Source of the DNA: Octopus vulgaris
Taxonomy: Eukaryota
Direction: 5' to 3'
Length of the DNA stretch: 64,000 nucleotides
Assembly (NCBI GenBank): GCA_951406725.2
Contig: OX597816.1
Span: 61,938,001-62,002,000, forward strand
Below are positions 1-14,148 of the stretch, one piece after another. Numbering within the stretch: the first letter of the stretch is position 1; each line of letters begins with the position of its first letter. The position numbers and the translations under genes are program-made. The notes beneath the pieces were generated by a model. It was not told the origin of the DNA. It did no database searches and was given only the letters and a program-made list of their open reading frames with translations.

Positions 1-39
1 GAAGCATATTTAAGAAAGAAGATGAAGTTCTAAATTTTA

Positions 40-270
40 AAAATTTCTTTATTGGCCACAGTGGGGGTTAAACATAGCGGGGACAAACAAAGAGAGACAA
101 AGGGATTATGTTGGTTACATCGACCCAAGTGCGTAAATGGTACTTATTTAATGGACCCCGAAAAGGATGAAAGGCAAAGTCAACCTAGGCGGAATTTGAA
201 CTCAGAGCGTAGCGGCAGACGAAAAACCGCTAAGCATTTCGTCCGGCGTGCTAATGATTCTGCCGGCTTT
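40..270 (-). mobile_element. tRNA-derived SINE with Nin/Deu-like central domain (family A)
   Basis: Minus strand shows B-box-like GAGTTCAAATTCC followed by GTTGACTTTGCCTTTCATCCTTTTCGGGGTC...AAGTACCA. Degraded copies lie near 5690, 6780, 7650, 8860, 18530-18950, 26590, 28230, 40500, 51430 and 59640. Confidence 0.8.
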
Positions 271-384
271 GATTTCGCATATTAGTAAAAGTGACAGAGA
301 TTCATGCAATTCATATGAAATATCTACAAACCGAAAATATAAAATAAAGGTGTCGGGCCTGATCAATAGGAAGTGGTTGCTACA

Positions 385-598
385 CGAGGGGTTGCCGAAG
401 AGTTCTTGGGTTTAAGGATCTCTTGAAAGGTCTGGTTGGAGGCCGAACATTCCGAGTTCTTTGACAGACTGAAAACCTGAAGGACTTCTGCAATGAGTGT
501 GTGAATCTTAGAGGAGGATATGTTGAATAAAATTATAATTAACCGATCCTGTTGTATTTTCTTTTACCCAGAGTCAGAAATACTTCAGCACCCCCTCA
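385..598. mobile_element. mariner-type MITE
   Basis: Imperfect TIRs CGAGGGGTTGCCGAAG / CTTCAGCACCCCCTCA-TA; the internal sequence matches the two MITE copies at 34062-34555. Confidence 0.65.
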
Positions 599-774
599 TA
601 ATTTTCAATTGGGATCAAGCAAACTCATGGCAAAAAAATAAAAAAAGAATCATTATATTTATGGTTATCTATTTTTATCTCTTCTTTTTCTTTTTAAGAT
701 GATGTCAGTTTAGAATTCTTCAAAGTTTTCTATGTTTTTGTATGACGTTATTATCTGTTATCTTTGCTTTTAAT

Positions 775-1067
775 CTTTTACTAGTTTCAGTCATTGGACT
801 GTGGCCATACTTGGGCACCGCTTTGAAGGGTTTAGTCGAACAAATCTCCTTGGTACTTGTTAAGTCGGTTACTGTCTCTCTCTTTTATATGCGGCCATGA
901 TGGAGCAGCGCCTTTAGTCGAGCAAATCGATCTCAGGACTTATTCTTTGTAAGCCTAGTACTTATTCTATCGGTCTCTTTTGCCGAGCCGGTAAGATACG
1001 GGGACGTAAACACACCAACATCGGTTGTCAAGTGATGTTGGGGGGGGGGGCAAACACAGACGCACAA

Positions 1068-1104
<37 letters not shown>

Positions 1105-1284
1105 CATATACATATATACGACGGGCTTCTTTCACTTTCCGTCTACCAAATCCACTCACAAGGCATTGATCGGCTCGAGGCTATAGTAGAAAACACTTCT
1201 TGCCCAAGGTGCTACGCATTGGGACTGAACCAGGACCATGTGGTTGGTAAGCAAACTGCTTACCACACAGCCACTCCTGCACCT
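775..1284 (-). mobile_element. tRNA-derived SINE with CORE-like domain and internal (TG)n/(TA)n (family B)
   Basis: Minus strand: AGGTGCAGGAGTGGCTGTGTGGTAA (A box), GGTTCAGTCCC (B box), ACCTTGGGCAAG, then a microsatellite and the tail GGCGCTGCTCCATCATGGCCGCA. A second partial copy lies at 1310-1543. Confidence 0.85.
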
Positions 1285-1987
1285 ATTTATTTTACCAACA
1301 TCTAATGCCTAGCCGCTAACTTACGGAGACGTAGACAAACACGAACACACATATACGCATACATGCATACGTATGTGCGACGGGCTTCCACACAGTTTCC
1401 TTTTACCGAATTCACTCACAAAGCATTGGTCGGTCCGGAGCTATAGGAGAGGGCACTTACCTCAGGTGCCGGGCAGTTAAACTGAACTCGAAATCACGTG
1501 GTTGCAAAGTGGGCTTTTCACCGACACAGCCATGCCTGTGCCTCTAGATCATTGCTCTACCAAAATGTCCTACATTTTTTAAAGACGGTTGAATGGGTAT
1601 AAAGGTTTCTCTTCCCCCTCTCTCTGTCTTTGTCTCTATTTGTCTATTTGTTTACCTCTGTCTGTATGTCTCTCTGTCTCTCACAGTTTCTCCGAATCCT
1701 TGATTCGATAAAAGAGAAGTTAACTTGTTAGCGAAGGCGCTCAAACGACGTAGAACCCCGATTACCTAAATACTAATAGTGAAAGTGTAAATTCTTCGTT
1801 GAGAACTTTTAACTGAAAACAAAACTGAAATATTAAACAAAAGGATATAATTCCCAGTAGTTTTCTGTCATATTTCTCATTTCAACATGATTAACCGTGA
1901 CATTATAAACACAGCTAAACTCAAAACAATATATCAAAGCTTTATTTTTGGCTTTTAAAACAATAACAACACAGAAGAGAAATTTTT

Positions 1988-2040
<53 letters not shown>

Positions 2041-2465
2041 CAGCAAACAAAAGGCATTTTCATTACAAATCAACAAAATATTAAAAAAAAAACAAAGAAA
2101 ATCCCCAAACAAATCAAAAACCAACAACAAATAAAAAAGCTAACGTAGAAGGAACAAAAGAATTCCTTTCTTGCAGGCAGTTATATGAATAAACAGTCAG
2201 CAGGAAATCTAATATGTGAAGCCATTGGAAATTCTTAGAATTCATTTGGAATTGATGTTTGCATTTCATCCCATGTTTATCAGAAAATTTTGTTTACATC
2301 TAATTTAAAAGGCAGACACCAAATAAATGTAAGTTTACTAGTAGTTGTTCGCCATCTTGTTGCGGTTGATGTTGTGATGCTGGTTTTCATTGTTGCATTG
2401 GTGATTTATTTATACTTCACATCCGACATCACCACCGACAACAATCACAACTACAAGCACTTCCA

Positions 2466-2590
2466 CACCGCCGCCGCCGCTGCCCCGCCCTCGCCGCCAC
2501 AAGGGCCACCTCCGACACCACTGCCGCCGCCACCGCTTGTCGCCGCCGCCGCCGACGACGATGACGACTGCGACCACCGTCACCACACGA
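2466..2590. repeat. (GCC)n/(GAC)n trinucleotide low-complexity tract
   Basis: Directly visible; explains the Ala/Pro/Asp runs of ORF 2290..2745. Confidence 0.85.
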
Positions 2591-2779
2591 CACTGCCAAA
2601 CCGTTCGTTTAGCAAATCGCCCCCAAACCAAAAAAAAAAAAAAAAAAAGAAAAAGAAGAAAATACGTGATTGTAGTAAAAGGAAATCTTGCTCGACAAAT
2701 TTTAAGAGGAGAAATGAATTAAATGAAAATAATTATGTTTACTAGAAGATAAATCTGATTTACGTCTTCACGTGCTGGT

Positions 2780-2806
2780 GTGTGTGTATGTGGGTATGTG
2801 TGTGTG

Positions 2807-2851
<45 letters not shown>

Positions 2852-3364
2852 TCACACACAAATATATACATACGTATGTATATATACACATATACGATAT
2901 GTATACATATATATATGTATATATGCATATATTTATAAACGAAGCTGGTAATTTTATTTTAATATATAGGTATATATATGAAATATACACAAGCATATAT
3001 ATATATGCTTATGCATATATATATATATATATATATATGTATAAGTATATAGTTATATACATCTGTGCAAATATACATATATACATACATGCACACAGAC
3101 ACAACGGTGCTTTGCTTACGTAGTCAAATGAACAAACACAGGGGCGCGCGCGCACAGACATATATGCATAAGTAAGTATGTATATATGTGTTTATATATA
3201 TATGTATTATGTGTATAAGTATGTATGTATATATGTGTTTATATATATATATATATATATAATGTACACTCTCTAAGTTTGTAATTGTAATTATAAGTTA
3301 TTCACATATGTTGTATACCTATTCAAAGCGAGGGTATGTATATATGCCATGTGTAAGTATTGTG

Positions 3365-3457
<93 letters not shown>

Positions 3458-3518
3458 CCTACCTACCTACCTACATACATACATACCTACCTACCCACCT
3501 ACCTGTCTGTCTGTCTAC

Positions 3519-3590
<72 letters not shown>

Positions 3591-3830
3591 TTATCTGTCT
3601 ATATATCTATCTACTTATGTATGTATAAATCTCTACTTATGTATGTATAAATTGATCTCTCTAGCTACCAATTTATATGCGTGTCTATATATCTGTGCAT
3701 ATATACAGTTGTGCTTATATATGTGTGTTTGCGTGTGTGTATTTGTGTATAAATATTTATAAATACCTACAAACGCACAATCACTCAGACACACACACCA
3801 CACACACAATCACACACACACACACTCACA
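2780..3830. repeat. compound microsatellite block (TA)n/(TATC)n/(CA)n
   Basis: Directly visible. Confidence 0.95.
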
Positions 3831-5951
3831 TTTATTGCTACTCTATCACACACACATATAAACACTTGTTTATTTATAAAAACGCTTTGTAGATATTAAT
3901 GTTTATATCATAGGAATAGAAATATATATTGGTTTTTCAATTAAACTGAGATCATCAAGATAATACATTAATCATTATTATCTTGCTACACTGAATTTTG
4001 AAAAGTGAGAAAATATATAGTTTGCGTCAAAATCTTGTTTTAGTTTACATGTTATCAGTTTTCTCTTTCTCAGAAGTCCTCCTTATCTTCGATTAGTTGG
4101 TTACTAATCTTTCGACCCATATTCTGAAGAACTAACCTAGCTACTAAATAATATTTAAAACCGTCGAGGGTGTTCTCTTCATAGCCACTTTTACTGCTAA
4201 AAGTGACAACTAAGTACCCACCCAGATACATGTCAACCGTAGAAGAAAGTGAGTATAACATTTTGGGGTTCTGGGCTGTTCTTTAGTTTTCGATATTGAA
4301 AAAAAAATTCCATTTATACATAGCAACCAAGGAATATAAAACTGCGTAGATGACTGGAGTTTCTTGGTTATTCCCTCCAATACTACTAATTTCATTGCCT
4401 TGATAGCCCAAGGGTTACAACAAAAATTTTGCCTTCTGTTTATGGTTGTAAGATGTCAATCCTTACTTGAAGTGAACTCGAAATATAAGACGAAGGCGTC
4501 CATACCACAATCTGTGTCACTGTCTCTTCCCCGACAGCGAGAACCAGTGACAAACCGGGCTTATGTAACTGAAGAAATAAAGTATGATGACGTGACGACC
4601 AATGTATTGCGCTGGGTTCTCATAAGCATGTCCCATACCGACGTTGTTGGATATTGTCATTCTGCTTCTCGAAACTTGACCGATGATGTTTGGGGGTTCT
4701 TTCGCATAATCACTGGGAAATTCAGTTTCCTCGTTCGTAGGGTGACAAATCTAAAAGAATTTCACCCAGTATTTAAAACTCATCGGGGAGGTTCAACCTC
4801 GTTCAGCTGGCCTACAAATGCGCTTGTCACTAAACTACCGAAAGCTAACGCTTTCTAATCCACACATGCGAACTGGGTGCCAGATGGAGTCTAATACAAA
4901 TCAGCAATTCTGAAAAGGAATCGCCAGAATTCTTTCTAAAATTATTGCTCCTCCCCAACATTCTATATTTATTTCGATTAGGATTACCTGACGTTAAACA
5001 ACGAAATACAATTTGGGGTTGGGTGGGGGATGGGGCGAGAGACATAGGAAAGGCAAACACTTGTTTCTCAGACCTCAGATATTGGGAATGAATTATATAT
5101 TACTACTTGTGTTTCGGGACATAAATCTGCTTGATCAGGGCCATAGCTGCTGTAGTAAACTCCCGGGAAAATCTGTAAAGGCCTTTTATTCTGATTGGAC
5201 GAAATACTATAATGATGTTACTCCAGAGCCAATAACAATGGAAGAACATATTCTAAATGTCATGAGAGAGAGAGCATTGCATATATTTCGAGGTTTTGCG
5301 TATAGCGGATTTCCTTTAGTTGTCTAATGGGTTAGGCACAAAGGATAAATCATTGTTGTCTTCTAATGGTGGTTTGGCAATTAAATTAAAGCAATTATGC
5401 ATTCTGACAGCTTATATAGGAAATAATTTTGACATTCCTTTAATATTCCATGAAGGCTAGCTGAAATCCAGTGCATGTTTTCATAACTAAGTAATATCAT
5501 GGCTCATTGAACATATCTAAACCCGGAAAGTAGTGGCATTATTTAGTATTATATCCCGTCAAAGTTACCTTTGCAAATATAAAGCTTTTAGAGAATTATT
5601 TCTTTCCTAATAAAATTCCGAAATAGCTAACCTTACTAAAGTTCCCTAACACATAATCCTTTCTATTATAGGCACAATGCCGGCAATATTGGTTGGGAGG
5701 GATCTAGTCGATTACATCGAACCCAGTTCTCAAGTGGTGCTTTATTTCATTGATCATGAAAAGATGAAAGGCAAAGTCGACCTCGGCAGCATTTTAACTC
5801 GAATCGTAATGCCGGAAGAACTGATATATTCAGACCAAAGTTCTGTAGTTACAATGTTTCAACTGGTACGACAATTTCTGGAAACGTATGAGAAAATATA
5901 AAATTGGAAATTAGCTATCCGAATATTTGGATGCTCACATATGAATATATA

Positions 5952-6468
5952 CAGGGTATCCATAAAATCATGGTGCAATGCTAAGCTTGAACAGTTGGAA
6001 GTGATAGAAAATACGGTTTTTCAATAAGATGGTACACCTTGTCACATTGCTCTGTAAGTTAGGCAGTTTCTAATAATAAATTCCAAAACAGATGGATTGG
6101 GAGAGGTAAACCCTTATTTTGGCCTCCACGTTCACCAGATTTGGCTCCATTGGATATCTTTTTTGGGGGGATATGTGAAAAGTATATTTTATTCAACTAA
6201 GCTTCGATCTTTAGAAGACTTGAAAGCAAGGATAACTGATGTGATTGAAGCTGTTACTGAAAATCAGCTGGAAAAGCGTTTCCCGAGAACTGCAGAATCG
6301 TCTTTCTCTTTGTATTAGTAATGATGGTGGGTATGTTGAAAATTTATGTGATGACTAAAAAAATTTCGGTCATTCTGCTTTCTTATCCCCTTTACAGGTT
6401 AATTCTATCGTGTATAGTTAGGAAGATACAAGTATTTTAAATTTCATCATGACTTAATGGACACCCTG
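5952..6468 (+). mobile_element. internally deleted Tc1/mariner-superfamily transposon (rosa/DD41D- or maT-like)
   Basis: TA-flanked TIRs CAGGGTATCCATAAAATCATG / CATGACTTAATGGACACCCTG. Frameshifted relic reads FQ*DGTPCH...NRWIGR...WPPRSPDLAPLDIFFGGYVKS. Confidence 0.8.
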
Positions 6469-7794
6469 TACACACACACACACACTCACACACACAAAGT
6501 ACATTGATATACGACTATACACTATCTGGTTAGTTTACTATATACATTTATAATAGGTATATATAAATATATAACATAGAATTCATTGAAATTCTGCCAC
6601 GAGTGAAAAAAAAAAAGACGCAGACAGTAATTGTTTAGCAATTTATTTAAAAGTTTGTTGACAACCGATTAAAATTTGTAATAAATGACTAAGTATTGAA
6701 TGTTATCATTATAGAGATTTTAAAGTTAGTAATTTATTTGTTTAATAACTTCTAATTTAGATACCTAGCGAGCAAATTTGTTTGGAGGGTACTAGTCGAT
6801 TAAATCGACATCAAAATTGGTACTTATACTTATTTTATAGATTCGTTGAAGAAAAATAATTGGTCACGGAATGATTTGAACTGAGAATGTACAAGGATGG
6901 AAGTGGATACTACGCGGTATTTTCTTCGGCGCTATAACAATTCTGCAAACTCATTGCCTTCGGGGACTGTAAAAATAATAAAAGATTAAGATTTATATAG
7001 GAAATAGAATTATTTTCTGAATTAGCTAACTCGAATGTGCCCGATTCGATTGCACTACACGCCACGGTCCCCATATAACGTTCGAGAGGTCAGCAACGGT
7101 ATAGCGTACTGGATTTTTGTTGAATCATCAGCTCGTGTATGTCTCAGTTGAGGTTTCCATTGGAGTGTATCGCGAATGATTTATGTTTTTGGTTTAGCTC
7201 TTTAACAATATCCTGCAAAGAACTCGCGTCTTTCTCTAATGATACCAGTAATTATGAGAAGACTACTATGTATTCTTTGGTTGATCTTAGTTTTTTTCCA
7301 GGAGTTATTCAGAAGGTCGTATAACACATCAAGCATTGCATCTACGGGTTTCGTGGAATCGTACAATAGCATTTTATTCTAAAGTGGCAAGTAAAAAGCT
7401 TATCTGAATATCATCAGGTAGGAATGACTTTTAGATAAGACTGGTATCATCAGAGAAAAGCCCATTTTCCGCAGATTAACTGTCTTTATATACTTTTCGG
7501 TAGACGAGAAGTTATTTCCTAAGTATACGAAGATGCTTACGGACAGGAGACCATTTTGATTAATAATATTTACTTTGAGGCATTGATATAAATACTAATA
7601 TCTTCTACCTTTAAGGCACACCAATTAAATACCTAGCAACATTTGGTCTGTTTTTCCGTTCTGAGCTCATATTCCGCGAGGCCGAGTTTGACTTTCGTCT
7701 TTCCGAGGTCGAAAAAATAAGTACCAGTTGAGTACTGAGGTCGACCTAATCGACTTAGCCTCTCCCTCGAAATTGCTGGCCTTGTGCCAGAAGT

Positions 7795-7900
7795 TGAGAC
7801 CAGTGTCTTCTGCCTTTCAAAGGTCATGTAAAAGGGTAACAGCTTCTGAATGATGGCTGTTATGAGAGCGAGATCATCAGCGTAATATGCGTCCGTTGTG
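7795..7900 (-). pseudogene. non-LTR RT fragment
   Basis: YYADDLALIT motif (YADD catalytic loop) within ORF 7633..8001. Confidence 0.5.
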
Positions 7901-7901
7901 G

Positions 7902-7975
7902 TCTTCTTCTTCTTCTTCTTCTTCTTCTTCTTCTTCTTCTTCTTCTTCTTCTTCTTCTTCTTCTTCTTCTTCTTC
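7902..7975. repeat. (CTT)n microsatellite
   Basis: Directly visible. Confidence 0.95.
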
Positions 7976-8227
7976 CAATCAGGACTCACGCCATTAGCCA
8001 CAAAAAATAATCTCTAATTCTAGCCTTCTCTAAGCTACTAAGAATGCGTGTGGCAACTTGAAGATCCACCCACTACACACGATAGACTAGCGATTGCACG
8101 GGCGCGAAAGCTACGTTGTTATCCTCGTTGTTACCCCATCCTGGGGTACAGAGCATTCGCAATCTAGACTAGAGTCTGAAAGTTTACCACACCATAGTGG
8201 GTTACACCATGGTCCTCTGCTTTGTGG

Positions 8228-8424
8228 CAGAAGTAGGAAGAAAGAGTGAGAGAAAGTTGTGGTGAGAGACTACAGCGGGGTTCACTACCCACCCCCGCCA
8301 GAGCCTCGTGGAGCTTAGGACTTTTTTGCTCAATCTGCACTCACAATGCCCGGTCTGGGAATCGAAACCGCGTTCTTACAACCGCGAGTTCGCTGTCCTA
8401 AATACTGGGCCATTGCGCCTCCAC
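8228..8424 (-). mobile_element. tRNA(Arg)-like-headed SINE, partial (family C)
   Basis: Minus strand GTGGAGGCGCAATGGCCCAGT...GAACTCGCGGTT...GGTTTCGATTCC; homologous to 39961-40263. Confidence 0.7.
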
Positions 8425-9401
8425 TCCGTTGTGGTTGCGTGATGAGAGAAGGTGGATTCCATTACAGTGAAACCGGGTTCATTATTTTTGTTATTTGATA
8501 TGAGAAGAACAATCAAGACAAGTGATAAATAGGAAGGCTGCGTACGTATCATTTTGATAGACACTAGCATCGGTGTCGATGGCATTGGTATTTCCTTCAG
8601 ATCATCGTACGCTAGCTCTTCAGCTCTTAATGAGCATTAGATAGTGCTGCTACTACTTTTTCAGTCACACTATACGTACGAGTCATGGCGCAGTTTTGCT
8701 TCGATGGAGAGAGTTCAAAGCTTTTGAGAAGGAATCATGCTCGATGATTTTTCTGATTGTTAATAACAGTGAAGCTGTAGACTGATTTTTCTAAACTCTT
8801 TTTGCATTTCCCGACTTCTGGCAGAATCATTTGCTCGTTCCTCGAAATGCTTATCTGTATTTCATCGGTCTTTACGTTCCAAGTTCAAATTCTGCCGAGG
8901 TCGACTTTGCTTTTCATCCTTTCGGGGTAGAATCGGTAGCACACCGGACATAGCAGAATTGTTAGCACACCACTTAGTGGTATATCACCCCTCTTTACGT
9001 TCTGATTTGAAATACCACCAGGTCAACTTTCATCCTTTGGGGTGGGTAAAATAAGTACCAACGGAGCCTTTGGGGTCTATGTAAGCGATTTACCCGCTTC
9101 CTCGAAATTTCGGAATTTTATAGAATTTTATACCGCTTCGGAAGCGGTATAAAACGAAGCAAGCGGTTTCTGACGAACCGAATAAGAAATAAAACAAGTC
9201 AGTTCGATTCTCGACAGTTAATGCTGAAATCTGTGTGGCCCATCTACAGATTCTATTTTTACAGCGAGACAATATATATTTTACTAAAGATATTGTATAT
9301 GTCTACATATTTGTTCGTAATCATTTTGTTTTAGTACTCACACACAAATGTCAATATCAATATAAATATATGTATATATATATATATGCATACATGTATT
9401 C

Positions 9402-9474
<73 letters not shown>

Positions 9475-9807
9475 TGTGTATACGCACACGTAGAAAAGTA
9501 ACCCCAGACAAAATCAATGATGACTTGGCACAAACATCATACTTTCTCTGTTTTAGTTGTTCATGCTTAGCCCTACCACACATGACTAAGCGAAGCACTA
9601 AGGATGTGTCTGATAGGAAGAGAGAGAGAGAGATAAAGAGATAGACTTAGAGCTGTATTAGCCCATGAATTCTACATTCTTTGTAGACCCAAACAGTTAA
9701 AATGCAAAGTTGACTTCAGCTGGATTAGAACATATAGCATAGTGAGGCGGAACAAATATATCTCTCTGCATATCATCCGATCCTCCAACCACTTTATCAG
9801 TCGACTA

Positions 9808-9882
<75 letters not shown>

Positions 9883-9914
9883 CTATTCTATCTCTCTCTC
9901 TCTATCTATCTCTA

Positions 9915-9950
<36 letters not shown>

Positions 9951-10767
9951 CATGGATGTGTGAGTGATAGTGTTAGTGAATATGTCAGCCTGTAGATTTA
10001 ATTAGAGAATTTCTCAGTGACGAAGTGTATTTTACGTGTCGGAGTATATTAATTGCTAGCTATTCAACGCTCTCTTTATATTCTATGTTTTCACATCATT
10101 GTTCGCTTTGTAAGCATTGAAAAAAAAATGTGATGTTTTGTAAGTATTGAATATGTGACACTCTTGAAGTGCAAGTCCAGATGTTGACCTGGCAGCAAAG
10201 CCACATACTTTCTCATCGATTTTCTGATTTCTTAGCTTATTAAATCTGCCTGTCACAATGGAATCGTACATATGTCTGTAGGGTTTTCTAACATGAAGAT
10301 GAAGCGTATCTATTCTCTAAATCGAGCCGTAATTGCCTCGGCAGTGTTTATTTGGTTTAACGTTACTTGTCTCCATTTATTTGTTCTATGTCTCATCTTT
10401 TTCCCTTTTAACGCACGATCTAGGAATGTCATTTAAGTAAATCTTATCCATACTTTAGTCTCATGAAATAATGCACCAGGAATTGCCCTGATGTCTGTCT
10501 GTTTGTTTGTCTGTCATTTCTGTCATTTTTTAAAATATATATGTATAGGTATATATGTATAATATATATGCAGAGAGACAGAGAGAGAAAGGGAAAGAGT
10601 GAAAAAAAGAAAGACAAGAGGGAGAGAGAGAGCGCTGTCCTGTATTATCTAAATATCACCAATAATATATTTGTTAATCATTCGACTAAGAATCTTTAAT
10701 TAATATCACTATAGATAATTTTTCTCACGACTCAAACGCTATCTGTCCATTTCATAACCCCTCCATC

Positions 10768-10803
<36 letters not shown>

Positions 10804-11144
10804 TACATATATATATATACACACATACATATAATTGTATATCGTGTGCGTGTATGTGTGCGTATGTATATGCGTGTGTATGTGGGTGGATGTGTGTAAT
10901 GAGACTGGGAGAAGAAGAAATTCAATAGCTTCCCTAGAGAGCTGATATATTTATTATAATAGAGAAGATAAATATTAAATTTTGGTTATCTATGTCCTGA
11001 AAACAACGTTCTTTAAATGGACGTGCCTCGAGTGAATGTTACTCGTCCGCATACACATACATATAAAATGCATTCAAACACACACATAAACATGCCATCA
11101 TTCATGCATACATACACTCACACAACAATTTGACCACAGTTTTT

Positions 11145-11742
11145 TATTTCTTTAGTACCCACAAGGGGCTAAACACAGAGGAGACAAAAAAGGACAGACA
11201 AACGGATTATGTCGATTACATCGACCCTAGTGAATAACTGGTACTTAATTTATCGACCACCGAAAGGATGAAAGGCAAACTCGACCTCGGCGGAATTTGA
11301 ACTCAGAACGCAACGGCAGACGAAATACCTATTTCTTTACTACCCACAAGGGGTTAAACACAAAGAGGACAAACAAGGACAAACAAACGGATTAAGTCGA
11401 TTATATCGACCCCAGTTCGTAACTGTTACTTATTTAATCGACCCCGAAAGGATAAAAGGCAAAGTCGACCTCGCGGGATTTGAACTCAGAACGTAGCGGC
11501 AGACGAAATACCTATTTCTTTACTACCCACAAGGAGCTAAACACAAAGAGGACAAACAAGGACAGACAAACGGATTAAGTCAATTAGATCGACCCCATTA
11601 CCTAACTGGTCCTTAATTTATCGACCCCGAAAGGATGAAAGGCAAAGTCGACCTCGGCTGAATTTGAACTCAGAACGTAGCGGCAGACGAAATACCGCTA
11701 AGCATTTTTCGCCCGGCATGCTAACGTTTCTGCCAGCTCGCC
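11145..11742 (-). mobile_element. head-to-tail trimer of family A SINE
   Basis: Unit boundaries at 11145, 11330 and 11513 (period 183-185); only the 5'-most unit (minus strand) has the full tRNA head; CCACAGTTT occurs at both ends (11134, 11741). Confidence 0.85.
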
Positions 11743-11984
11743 ACAGTTTCTTTTAAGTTTTACGCCCCCCCCCGCCCCTGCCGCCTCATGATTTGGTCTC
11801 TTGCAAAAATGAAGTACCATGAAGCATCTGTATGAATATTGCAACACAAAAGGACGTATTGCAATTTCAATCCTTTCAGATTAGACAGTTGTTACAAGCA
11901 ATTAGTAATTCCAATTCAGGTGACTTACAGTTACAGGCTCTTGTAGCCATTGCAGTGTTTACAAAATACAAGCTTTTGCAGCTT

Positions 11985-12257
11985 ATTTACTCATTTGTTG
12001 CAGTCATTTGACTGCGCCCATGCTGCTAGAGCAGCGCCTTTAATCGAACAAATCGACCCCAGGACTTATTCTTTGTAAGCCTAGTACTTATTCTATCGGT
12101 ACCTTTTTCCGAACCGCTAAGTTACGGGGACGTAAACACACCAACGTTGGTTGTCAAGCGATGGTGGGCGGACAAGCACACACACACACACACACATTTA
12201 TATATATATTTTTTCCGTAGTTTTAGCTCAGAGCTGCGGCCATGGAGATCACCGCCG

Positions 12258-12298
<41 letters not shown>

Positions 12299-12467
12299 CA
12301 CGACCGGGTTTCTTTCAGTTTCCGTCTACCAAATCCACTCAGAAGGCTTTGCTCGACCCGATATTATAGTAGAAGACACTTGCCCATGGTGCCACACAGT
12401 GGGACTGAACCCGGAACCATATGGTTGGCAAGCAAGCTACTCACGACACAGCCACTCCTGCGCCTAT
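11985..12467 (-). mobile_element. family B SINE
   Basis: Same head, CORE-like domain and tail as 775-1284. Confidence 0.85.
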
Positions 12468-13563
12468 GGTGACTCATAATTTGACTTCCGTTATATTATC
12501 AGAATCTCCATTTCGAATGTATATCTTCATATATAACTACGCTTAAAAGAGTTTCGTTCATTGCCGAATATCCGAAGAAATAAATCATTTCTGCCGGCCT
12601 CACTAAACTATGTAGCTTGTTTATTTTCTCTTTTTATTCTTGTAGCTCGAAGAAATGTAATTCAAATATGAAAAAAAAAAAGAAAAGAAAAAAATCAATC
12701 TGCATAACTTTTTATTCATTAATTATTTGGTATAGGCCATTTATAAACGTTTGCATTAGAATGATGAATTTCTACAAACTTATTTATGTATCTTGCTCTC
12801 TTATCAATGTCGACGCATTGAAACATTTTCTCTTATTGTATTAGTTTCTTGTACAAATTGGCATTAATGTCTACTCTACAAACACTTCTGTTTCATATAT
12901 ATAAATAACAGTAGCCGCTTTTAATTTAAACTGATCTGTATTTTTATATAAATTCCTGTAATAATTATCGCACTACTGCGACTATATGTTGAAAATGTGT
13001 GAAATTTAGAAGTATATTTATGCAGATATATATTTACATAGACAAATCTAATACGTAATTCTTGTTTCTGTGCAACAATTCAAACGTTATTTTTTTATAG
13101 ACAGGTTCACTGCACACAATGTTAGTTAAAACTTACAATAGTACACTGTAGCTTACCTGCATACACATGCATACATACATACATACATACATGCACACAG
13201 ACACACACGCAATAAATATAAACATATACGTACACTCAAACAAACACATATACATACAGCCACACTTGTTTATGTATAACGAGAAGAGTGGAACAAATGC
13301 AGTTCTAAGGTAAAGCACGTTTGTATTAACAATTTCTGCTGAGACTGGGTTGTTAATCTCGTATGCAACCTGAGTGAGACATATGGTAGAGTATGATAAG
13401 ATTATCTAGACAAGATACCAAATCTGACGTAGTGTTCAATTTTATCTGCTGCGTAGTATTAAAGTATATCTAGGCTTAATTTCTGTTTAGTTGTTATTAT
13501 GCTTACTGAAAATACATGGTTTACACACACATATATGATGTAAATATTCATATATATGCACAC

Positions 13564-13619
<56 letters not shown>

Positions 13620-13739
13620 AACTCCATTCTTCATGAAGTGCCACATATTAGAGGAGGCTACTGGTAATAATAGTGTAGCGCAAAACGGTGATGCATCAGC
13701 ACGGCCGCAGCTCTGAGCTGAAACTTTAAAAAAAATGAT

Positions 13740-14148
13740 ATATATTATATATATATATATATATTATATATACTATATATGCATATTATAAATACGTATA
13801 TATATTTATATGTATGTATATATATATGTATATATGCATGTATATATATGTATGTATGTATATATACGTATATATATATATATACATGTAAGTATATATA
13901 CGTATATATACGTATATATATATGTATATGTAAGTTATATGTATTTGTAAGTATATATGCGTATATATATATGTATATATATGTATTTGTAAGTATATAT
14001 GCGTATATATATATATATGTATATATATATGTATTTGTAAGTATATATGCGTATATATATGTATATATATATGTATATGTATGTATATATGCGTATATAT
14101 ATATATATATTTGTATATACATATATATATATACATACATATATATAT
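13740..14148. repeat. degenerate (TA)n/(TATG)n microsatellite
   Basis: Directly visible. Confidence 0.95.

Noticed and set aside
2290-2745. Pro/Ala/Lys-rich 151-aa ORF
   Set aside because: Built from GCC/GAC repeats and a poly-A run; no domain and no credible splice context.
4364-4858. 164-aa ORF
   Set aside because: TTG start and no recognisable motif; cannot be supported as a gene.
8600-8800. Possible hAT dimerisation-domain relic (RSFASMERV)
   Set aside because: Single short motif with stops and no TIRs found.
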